In this document: piece after piece, positions 42,687-52,850 of the stretch | How the letters are laid out: each line of letters opens with the position of its first letter | Numbering within the stretch: position 1 is the first letter of the stretch | NCBI GenBank assembly: GCA_037379345.1 | Contig: CM074511.1 | Coordinates: 35,594,862-35,658,861 of the forward strand | Source: Perna viridis | Lineage: Eukaryota | DNA length: 64,000 nt | Direction: 5' to 3' | Notes under the pieces: generated by a model | What the model saw: the letters and a program-made list of their open reading frames with translations, nothing else | The model's database searches: none | What the model was told of the DNA's origin: nothing | Translations under genes and position numbers: made by a program

Positions 42687-42833
42687 CAGGGTTTGACATT
42701 AACTTTTTGTGATAGGTAGCTCACAGGACTATGTCATAGATAGTTAGGTAGTCCTCAAAATTTTTTGTGGTCCTGTTCTTAGGACTATTAGGTAGACACA
42801 GGACTACTGGACTACTGCTAATGTTGAACTCTG
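42687..42833. mobile_element. 147-bp MITE with CAGGG-type TIRs and a flanking 5-bp direct repeat ATCTG
   Basis: Left CAGGGTTTGACATTAAC versus reverse complement of the right end CAGAGTTCAACATTAGC; repeated internal GGACTA/TAGTCC motifs; ATCTG immediately before and after. Confidence 0.7.
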
Positions 42834-43399
42834 ATCTGGACTCAAAATATTTTCTTTACAAACTGCTGTAATTAAAAATTCATATACCTGATTGCTTATG
42901 TTAGATACCATACTGAACATATTTTTGTTCATTATCAGCTCTAAAAAGGAAGTATTAACCAATAGGTACATTGTACCATTATGAAGTAGTTTGGCTGATG
43001 GCTTCTAGCTAACACACAATAATGTGTGATCTTCCTACTACATGTACATCTATACTGTCTATTTTTCAATTTAAGTGGCTACTCATTTCTAGGAATGATG
43101 ATGGGTTTTCCAAAAATTTTTCTCTGGAAATACTGAATACCAGCATCATCATGAATATATTAATCTATGTTCAGCAAACAAAATACCAGAATACAAGTTA
43201 AGATCAATATCATCTTTTCATCCAATGCTTCGCATGGTGAAGCTTGATATGATTGTAGGGCATACATTGAAAATTTAGGACAAATATGGACACAACATTG
43301 AAACCTAATACAGCTCTAAATCATGATTGTGATTAAATGATAGACAAAATTCAGAATGAAAGAGGTCAAAAAAATTTAAATTTAAAGTTCATCCAAAAT

Positions 43400-44340
43400 T
43401 AAAGTAAATATATATTTCTGACTTCTTTTTGGTCCTTTATTCCTGAAAGGTAGGGCTACAAATCTGTAATTCTACTAAAACCTTCCTTTTGTGGTGTGAG
43501 ACTTATTACATGTAGTACAATATCATAGAGATCCATATTCTTATACTCATGTAATTTCCTAATAACAATAAAATGTTTGCTTCTGGTCCTTTCATCTTAT
43601 TTTCCAATAGTAATAATTCCCAAAATCAATCCTAGCCTTACTTCTGTATTATAGAACCTTGTGACATATATCTCTGTACACTCCAGATTTAAAATGAACA
43701 GGGTTATGAACAGGCCAAAGTACTTTCACTCTGCCATATTTTTTGTGCCTGTCCCAAGTCAGGAATTCCTGACCTCTGGTATGTAGTTTCCTTTTCACTT
43801 TCAGTTTACTTTTATGTTGCTGGAGTATATAGGGCAACTATTTTGCTGTACTTGTATATAATGTTGATTCGGGGCCAACCTGCAGCCTGCACTGTGGAGT
43901 GAGGGTTTCCTCATCATTCTTTGAAGACCCACAAGTGGCCCGGAGCAGACATTTTTCATCCTGATGGGGGGTTGTCTCTTGACCTGGATTACATTCTTTT
44001 GATTACTGCTATAATCTTGGTTCTCTTGATTTTTCTTTGATGTATTCATCATATCCATTATACATATAAGACGTATATACAAATTTTAAAGGAAGCTTGC
44101 TTTTCACCCCTTTTTGGCCTCTTTTAGTAATGGTTATAACCAAAAACAACATTCCAAAATCTTCCTTTGCTGTATGGAACCGTTATGGGACAAATTCATA
44201 GAAATCTATACATTTGTATCTGTGCTATCCTTTGGCAATGTCGATTCCCTAAATCCAAAACAGTAAAAAAAACCTCCTAAATCCATCACAGTCTAACCAT
44301 TGTAGTAAAGAACATTGTGGATCAGAATTGCTGATGTTTA
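43400..44340. repeat. Degenerate ~150-170-bp repeat cluster interrupted by a GC-richer interspersed repeat (about 43700-43990)
   Basis: Recurrent AA(C/T)CTTCCTTT..TG....GAACC/GAGAC...CATAGA(G/A)ATC(C/T)ATA at about 43479, 43634, 44158 and 44295. The inserted segment ends GGTTGTCTCTTGAC, matching the reverse complement of GTCAAAGAGACAACC at about 51680. Confidence 0.45.
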
Positions 44341-46059
44341 AACCTTATGTTTACCTAGATCCTGCATACTGACACTTTATTTGGTACTTTTTTGTTTTTC
44401 CTCAAGACGATCATCAATTTGAAATTTACAAAAAAGTCCTGGACCTTTTACTCTTGAAAGTAAATTTGAACATTGACATTTTTATACCAAAAAAGAGATA
44501 GACAGCAAAGTTTAAGGATCTCAACTGTTGTTACAAACATCTGCATGTACTGATTTGAATTCATTTCACTGAAGGAGTTCCATATCAAAACAAAAACACA
44601 TACCTGTATTGACATACCTGTATTGGCTAAAAAAAAACACAATGGAACTAGAACTATCCCTAGAGCAGTATGGAACTAATACCTCCCCTACATGTACGCA
44701 TAATACTTTTAAGTTCATACATGTAACTTGTCAATATCAGAGATGTCCCTGCAATATGTAAAAGACAACATCTTCAGAATGTGAAGGCCATTCCACCAAG
44801 TTATGACCTCTCCAATCCCTGATGTGAATACATTGAAAGACAAACCATACTACAACTCTTTCTAGTGTATAATTCTAATGAACATAAAGAAGTGGGCTAA
44901 AAATTTCAATTTCAGCAATTTCAAATGTACCTTTAAACTAACTTTTTCCTTATTTTTACTAGTCCTTATAACTTATTACTAGTGTAGGAAATGGGGCTAG
45001 TGGCTAATAGCACAGACTGCAATGACAAGTCTTCAAGCTGGGCCGTTTCACTGAGCAGTCCACCCACCCTTTTTCAAGTGATGCCCTGTGCCCTTTTCCA
45101 ATCTGAAATATTCTTTTTTTACAAAAATAATGAATTTTTTTATGCTTCATAATGATTGCCATTATGGTGAAATGTGATCACAGAAATATGATGAAACAGA
45201 TTGATTAAAAAATAGTTTACAAGTTGTTGCCCATAAGTGTTATGAGAATTTGTCTGAAAGAGTACTTGACAAGTTGAGAGGAAGACAAAATTCTATTGTG
45301 TTTCATGTATTGTATTAATGTGTGAAAAAATAAAGTAAACATTTGATTGTAAAGTTTATTTCAAACATATGCTTTATTTGAAAACTCAACAGTGTGCCGA
45401 AGTGCCCTTTTTTTTCTTTTTTTACCCTTTTGAAACTAAATGATCCAATAACATATGAGGACAGTGAAAGTGTTAATGCTTTAAAAATCCCAATACATGT
45501 ATACAGGATAATTACATGGCATTGCCACACTGCATTAAACGTACATATGTGTTGGAGTATTTAAAACACTTTAAAAATTGTGCTTGCAATGCACTTTTAA
45601 ACTCAGTAACTATTATCTCAACAGGTTTAGTTTTGAAACTATGTACATGCACAACTATTCAAGAACTTTTTACACATGCTACATAAAAGTAGTTCATCAT
45701 TTCACATGTGCATGTAGTTAAAAATTTCTCTACAATCAACCAATAGCTCTATTACCTTTTAAAATCTAATGTATGCAGGCCAGTGGCTTAAAATAGAATG
45801 ATTTAGTTCTGTTAAGGCAAGACTGACTAAAGTCAGTCCATACTGAATCCACAGCGGAAGGTTGTGGCTTATAATCTAATGATTTTGTTCTCTTTAGCTA
45901 GACCTATGGCTTAAGATATTGGCAAAAAAAATTCTGAACCGTAAGCAGTAGAATATTTCAAATATGTCAAAATCTGAAATCATGACTTAAACATGAAAAC
46001 AGGAAACAAAAACATCATCATACACAATGTAGTAAACCAAAAATAGATTACACATAACA

Positions 46060-46165
46060 ACTGAAGACAAGGAAAAGAAGATATAACACAAAAAATTAAA
46101 GCATTAGCAATATGAACCAGTAGTGACATCAGGTGCTTCGGAAGGGTAAGTATGTCCTCTGCAAG
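46060..46165 (-). mobile_element. Short decayed fragment related to the 3' non-coding part of the 52.4-52.9 kb retroelement
   Basis: The reverse complement reads GCAGAGGACATACTTACCCTTCCGAAGCACCTGA, matching GCAGAGGATGCTTACCCTACCGGTACACCTGG at about 52641-52672. Confidence 0.55.
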
Positions 46166-46258
46166 CAGTACCCATCATATTGTACAGTATTGCAAGTGAG
46201 TATAATCCTATAATAGTCTAGCACCTGACACGAGGTGCAAAGAGGTCCTTTCAAAAAG

Positions 46259-46535
46259 GTCTAATGATTGTGTTATACTTAGGCCTCTGGTTTAAGATCT
46301 AATGATTTTGTTCTATTTAGACAAGGCCTCTGGTTTAAGATCTAATGATTTTGTTCTATTTAGGCAGGCCTCTGGTTTAAGATCTATTGATTTTGTTCTA
46401 TTTAGACAAGGCCTCTGGTTTAAGACCTGATGATTTTGTTCCATTTAGACAGGCCTATGGTTTAAGACCTGATGATTTTGTTCTATTTAGGCAGGCCTCT
46501 GGTTTAAGATCTGATGATTTTGTTCTATTCAGGCC
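46259..46535. repeat. Minisatellite, about 6.5 copies of a 42/43-bp unit
   Basis: Unit AGGCCTCTGGTTTAAGATCTAATGATTTTGTTCTATTTAG(GC/AC/ACA), with starts at 46281, 46324, 46366, 46409, 46451, 46493. Diverged single copies near 45777-45820 and 45864-45918. Confidence 0.95.
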
Positions 46536-46716
46536 GTTTTATGTTCTCAATTTATAGGGAAACCTACAGAATAAGATTGGTTAAGACAAGTTTCTAGTTT
46601 TTAAGAGTTCGGCTAAGATATATTCCATAATACTTGTAAAAATTAAGTAATGATATTCCTTTCTTGCACTGAATAAATGACAGTTATGTGTACAGGTACA
46701 TGTATGAGGTACTTAC

Positions 46717-46801
46717 ATAATCATGAAATGCTTTGGCTTCACTAGAATGATCACATGTGTCCCGTCGCTCAGGAGCTGCACAATATAAATCCCAAAATAC
46801 A
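46717..46801 (-). CDS. SSBP3: SSBP/SSDP coding exon 4 ([28 protein letters not shown])
   Basis: atttcAG|T acceptor, TAT|GTAAGT donor, 85 nt; completes the LUFS domain. Confidence 0.97.
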
Positions 46802-49002
46802 CTGAAATAAAAAAGAAAGAAATATTATGTAATATTCAGAGAAGATGCAAGAGACATACAATTAAACATATTCAGTAAAGGAAAGGTTTGAATAATCTTG
46901 ATTTGACTGATGTTCTTTTAGTCAAACATTCTCTTCATGAACATGTATAGAAAACTTGGTATGGACCATATTTACTGGTACATGTATCATGGTGGCTTGG
47001 TGTCCACAAGAAATTTATTTTACCAGTAAGATTTGCCACTGTGTTCAAAATTTGTAGATTTATTTCATAATAGACCAAGAGCAAATTTTCATGAAATTTT
47101 CTATTAAATGTATATAAAGTAACTGAAATTTAGTGCAGACCTACATAATTTTTCATAGACAATGTCAATGGGTCAACCACTAATTTTCAACTTTGTTGCC
47201 ATCATGCATGGAAGCAATAACACATTCCTCGTGTTGCTGAATCTGAATTCAGAATCTTCCAAATCTGCTCATCCTTTTTGCAAAAAAAATCTAGCAAGTA
47301 AAGTCTGACTGGACTTCTTTATTTAAGAAATACTAATTTTACTACAAAAACTAAATATATTTTCTGCTTTTGTACTTTATATTTTAGCAGCTTTATTCTC
47401 TTGAACAAAGTATATGCCTTGTCCAAAGAAAGTGAACAATGTGAACAAACATGTGGATCAGATACTGTACATGTACATATAAATATGTAAATTCAAGTAG
47501 CATGACTTAAATCCTGTAACAAAAAAAAATAATGGCATCCTGTTCATATCATGCAACTCTAAAAACCATCAGGATTAAGATTATAGATGAGATGAATTAA
47601 ACCAATGCATTTTGAAAATCTCCCCATGTTCTAGAATCCTGGAATTAACCATTCAAAATCTAAATACTTATGATAACATTTGGAAGCATTGCTTATGACA
47701 AACTAATCAGAATATAACTGCAAAATATGTATATATATATATATATACAATGTATATATCTCTCAAAAGACACATGTACAAATATCTCACAGCCATCAAT
47801 ACATCCATCCTTTGAAAAATGCCCCACAACTGCAAGAACATATACCAAATAAAAGGAAATCATTGAAATTTTGATCTAATACTATGTTACTTGATTTTAA
47901 AGTTTGACAACTTCCTTCACAGGAAAAACAGAGAGAAGTATCCAAGTCATGTTAAACACACAACATCAAAATCCAATGACATAAATAATTTAACCTCAAC
48001 AGTTTTAACAATAATAGGTTTATTCACTTATGTTCGCCAGCAACAAAGAAGTCACAGATAACAGGGATTTTACTGTGACCTTCACCACAATACAAAAGCA
48101 ATCAGATAATCAAGATTCTACTGTAAGTTAAAGTTGGGACAGTGTCAGGTTTTACTGCCAAGCTCAACCATTGACTATTGCCGATATGCAGGTGTAGTAA
48201 AGGATTCTGGTTGGATCGCTGAGGAAAGCTGAAAATTATCGCAGCTCTAAAATCAATACTATCACAAAATCAATAGTCTTCCTTAACCACCAGATTTCTA
48301 CGGAAAGCCCTGCAGGCCATATCAACTCATCCATGTCCCTCATACATAATACATACTAAGTTAAATTTTGTTCAATTCTTTGAAATTGTTGTCAATATAA
48401 TTGATTAACATTATCTACAACCATTAATGGCCATAGACACCACAAGAGTATTGTTGAAAAAAAGACATAACTGACCAACATATTTCAACATCAACTTTTT
48501 AAAGTAGTAAGAATTGTTTATAGATGCATCCTGACTTAAATATATTTATGACCTTAACCTTAACCTTTGAACCAAAATCTGAAGAATTTTTTTTAAATTC
48601 AAATGGGAATAAAAACTACTGTTAAACTGGCTATATACATGCACAAATTCATTCAGGCAAAATATCTAAACATTTCCAAAACCAGTCACTTCTTTTGAAA
48701 AAATATGGGCAACTAAAATATTAAAATAATTTTTCTTCTATACAATCTAAAAGTTTCACAAATACATTGTACTGCGTACAGTTACAAATGTAGTTTCTTA
48801 TACATTATTTTATAGATAGCAGTGATTCTTTGATTGTTCCCAGTGTAATTTTTTTCGATAATTCGCACATTTAAATAAATTTCACTCTAGCGCTTTCTCC
48901 CACCAAAACGTCACAACACGAGTATCAACAAAAAAAAATAGTAGAAAAATTTTTTTTTTTATTTATGTTGAAAATAACAATGAATAATGGAGGAAATCTA
49001 TA

Positions 49003-49185
49003 TAATAAATAGGATAATCAATTGGTTATCGTGAAAAACCAAAATATGATCACTTGTGCCAAGAACACATTTAGATTTAACTCGTGCACAGAACAAGTTC
49101 CACACACTCGTTAAATCTAGGCATTTTTCGACACTCATGATCATATTTTGGTTATTCACTCTTTCCAATTGATTATCCTATTATT
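49003..49185. mobile_element. Fold-back (whole-length palindromic) MITE-like element, copy 1
   Basis: Arms AATAGGATAATCAATTGG...CCAATTGATTATCCTATT and GTGAAAAACCAAAATATGATCA...TGATCATATTTTGGTTATTCAC, centre GAACAAGTTC. A second diverged copy lies at 62207-62390 in the opposite orientation. Confidence 0.85.
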
Positions 49186-50865
49186 CATTTCTTAATTGTT
49201 TTAATGGTTATTTACAATGTACATGTGATTCATCTTTACATGTTTTTAGAACCCTTCTTTAAAATCCTGTAAAATTCTTAACTGGGTAAGATAGATTAAA
49301 GAGGAAGAAGGAGGGTGTTCTGACCATTAAAACACAGGTCCCCTTAATTATTATTCTCATCAGTAAAGGGACTGTGGGTTCATTAAGGATTAGTAGAAGT
49401 GGCCATTTATAATGATTTTCAGTTTCAATGGACTATTCTTTCATATTCTTTGTAAAAATATTTGATTTTAATGGGACATTTTCAGCTAGAATGTAATATA
49501 AGTTGTAAGCTCTTAAGTGAGCATCTAAGGTTATTTTGACAGTCAGTAGATTCTGTAGGATGGTGATGCATTAGTGGAATCCCTTCAACAGATCTACGGA
49601 CAGTCTTAATACAGGAGCTTATAACATTTTTGTACAATTTTGCTTATCTAATTATCGGGAAATAAACTAATCTTTGTATCAAACTAAATTTCTTTTTAGT
49701 TTTTTGGAAATTATTAGGTAAATCTGTCTTTGTCACGACATTCAAATCAAATTGCTTTAAAGTGCTATATTAGTCTCAACTTCATTTTCATTCGTGGATA
49801 CATTTTCCGTTTATAGTCATTTGCATATGGTTTATTCCAATATTTTCATCAATGAATAGTTTCATCCAATCACGAGAGGTCAACATAATGCAAAATTGTA
49901 CAATAAATGTTGTATGGCCCTCTCTAATTCCATTCACTGCTCAATGCAGCAAGTGTGCATTTTTTTCTTACTTCTGAATAATAAAGACCTATTGCCCTGA
50001 CAATTACATGTAACATAACAATTTTCAAAATTTTATTGAATATTTTCACAGATTGATTAGTGAGCTATAAAGCATTAACACTTATCGATATGCATCTTGT
50101 CTGCCAATGTTTTGTAAATACATTGACACTTAGTGGATAAACAGGAAGTGCATACATAACAGACCTACTACTTTAAAAGAGTACAAATTTTACCACAGAT
50201 ACAAAAAATGTATATGAAAGGGAATATACTATAACTTAATTTGATTATCATTGGTTTTTCAAAAGGTACCTAAAAGACTTATATTTTACCATCAAATGGA
50301 ACTGAATAGATTGAATACTGCGTGTATTCAAATGGAATACTTTTTGCCTCATGTTCTGAGCTGTTCAGACTGTCAGTCTGATTGATAAATTCACTTATTC
50401 ATTCTAGTCCAGACGAAGTCCAGAATAAAGTACAGGTCTCATTAAACTATGAAATTATGGATTACAAAATTTAAGTGCTTTCTTTCACCATAAATTAGAG
50501 AAGCACCGTTTAGTCAAACAATGTAGCACTTCCAATATCCCTAAATTATTGTTCAGTTACCATAATAAATTCCAGCCAAAATTACAAAACCAAAAAAAAT
50601 GGAAACAGTCAAGCCAAGGTTTGGATTCATTGAAAGTTCATTGACCTCAGTCCTGGAACTTTCATATTTACTTTTACTCTTATTTAGGACTTTTTACTTT
50701 CTTCTGGTGGACCTTTCATTTAAGATACAAAGAAGTCCAGTAAATTTCAACCCCTGTTGCACGAGTAACTCCTAATAACTAACTAATGTTTACTGCTGTT
50801 TAAAATCAAAATCAGAAACTTTCAGGAAGAATCAAAACATTATTTACTAAGGTAAGCAAACAGCA

Positions 50866-51341
50866 CCCTTTATAGACTAAACCACTGACGTCTCACCATT
50901 GGTGTTAGTATTGCCCTTCCTTTTATAGACTAAACCACCGACGTCTCACCATTGGTGTTAGTATTGCCCTTCCCTTTATAGACTAAACCACTGACGTCTC
51001 ACCATTGGTGTTAGTATTGCCCTTCCCTTTATAGACTAAACCACCGACGTCTCACCATTGGTGTTAGTATTGCCCTTCCCTTTATAGACTAAACCACCGA
51101 CGTCTCACCATTGGTGTTAGTATTGCCCTTCCTTTTATAGACTAAACCACCGACGTCTCACCATTGGTGTTAGTATTGCCCTTCCCTTTATAGACTAAAC
51201 CACCGACGTCTCACCATTGTGTTAGTATTGCCCTTCTCTTTATAGACTAAACCACTGACGTCTCACCATTGGTGTTAGTATTGCCCTTCTCTTTATAGAC
51301 TAAACCACCGACGTCTCACCATTGGTGTTAGTATTGCCCTT
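50866..51341. repeat. Minisatellite, 9 copies of a 53-bp unit
   Basis: Unit (c/t)TTTATAGACTAAACCAC(C/T)GACGTCTCACCATTGGTGTTAGTATTGCCCTTC(c/t). TATAGAC starts at 50871, 50924, 50977, 51030, 51083, 51136, 51189, 51241, 51294 (one unit is 52 bp). Confidence 0.97.
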
Positions 51342-51707
51342 TTTCAAAAACTACACAATCTTCTTAAATTGAGAACACAATATCCGTCATTTCTTTTCTC
51401 ATAAGGGAAATTTTGAATAATGATGAAAATATTGAAATTCTTAAAAAAAGGAGCTCTTTGAAAGTAAAATTTTGAACAGAAAAAATATCTTCAGCACTCA
51501 AGACCACTGTATGGGAAACAATTGATCTTATTTTGGATCATTTTAAAGCCATTTTTTAAACATATTATGGTGATTTTTTTCAGTAGGGGAAACTGCCTTA
51601 TTTAGGAGGTAATTTAAAGAAAACAAATACACTGCCATCATGACCAAATAAAACAAGGTAAAAACAGAAAGTTGAATGTGTCAAAGAGACAACCTAACAG
51701 TAAATCA

Positions 51708-51855
51708 TTGATTAATTGAATGATTATGGTTTTACATCCTATGACAGATATTTAATGCATTTCAGGTTGAGAACAACTGACCAATAGAACAGACCCTGCT
51801 TTATACTAGACAGACATGCTGAGCTGAACTTTATTGCCAAACAGTGTAACAAACA
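51708..51855 (-). mobile_element. Decayed SINE copy B (3' part only)
   Basis: ATGCATTTCAGG...AGACCCTGCTT..TACTAG...GCT.AG.TG.A.TTT shared with the copy at 55893-56195. Confidence 0.6.
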
Positions 51856-52368
51856 TACATGATAGAGAAAAGAAAGAAACCAAAAGTATAGGAGAAACGC
51901 TAAAAGTCAACATCTCTTTGAGTGATTTTCCATTGTAATCTTGCTTGTTATCAAATGAAATTTTCTATTCAAGCTATTCCTGCAAGTTGCACAACTAAAG
52001 AAATATCCAATGACTCAAAGAAATGTTATATTTGAGGAAGTAAAAAAAAAAATATTTTGCATATGCTGACAACTGACACAATATTCATATTTGTACATTT
52101 TTTTTAATACATATGTAATTGACACTGTAAAAACAATTACTTGTCACTCTGAATATGCTTTCAGATGTATACTTAAAATAAAAAGTACATGTATATTTGA
52201 ACATATTGTAAATGTAAACTGAAATTTTCAGACAAGCAAAACTACAAATGTCCTTTATGGCTAATATAATCCAATGCAGTACGTATTTCCAACATGAATG
52301 AACTTCCTTTGGCATCAAAGGAAAAAATTACATGAAAAACAAGAAATCATATTTTTACCTATCTTATC

Positions 52369-52850
52369 ATACGTCATGCCAGAGCTTGCCGAAACTACGG
52401 AAACTTTTTGTATCGCGCTAGAACTCTAACAAATAGGCTTCATGAACAGGGTTATGTTGCTACAAGATTGAAGTCCTCACTACAAGTTTTATGGTCCTCA
52501 TCATGAACTTGTGGATCGTTATGGTGTATCCATCTGCACCATGAAAACTGATTTATTCAACAGGTCATAGTTTTCCTTTCCTTGTTTGTCTACCCCAGAC
52601 TTGACTTTTTATGAGCAACTCGACAGGTGTTTCTAGAAAAGCAGAGGATGCTTACCCTACCGGTACACCTGGTACATGCTCCCAGTTTTTAATGGAGTCA
52701 GAGTTGCTCATTTGCTTTTGTTACTTTGTATGTATGATTTTAGTAACTTTTGTTCTTTGTTGTGTATGTCTGTTTTCCATGTCTGGTCTTCGTCCTTGGA
52801 TTGCATTCTTTTGATTACTGCTATGGCCTTGGTTCCCTTGATTACTCTTA
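52369..52850 (+). mobile_element. 5'-truncated retroelement remnant (Penelope-like RT C-terminus plus 3' non-coding part), frameshifted
   Basis: 52369-52570 translates, with one frameshift, to IRHARACRNYGNFLYRARTLTNRLHEQGYVATRLKSSLQ/FYGPHHELVDRYGVSICTMKTDLFNRS*, the IRYARAC...LL.QGY...L..S..KFYG pattern of the RT C-terminus in PLE-like elements. It is followed by GCAGAGGATGCTTACCCTACCGGTACACCTGG and a T-rich tract. The superfamily assignment is from memory. Confidence 0.75.

Noticed and set aside
50866-51341. Regularly spaced repeats as a CRISPR array (also 46259-46535 and 29516-29685)
   Set aside because: The units are contiguous with no unique spacers, there are no cas genes, and the context is a eukaryotic intron.
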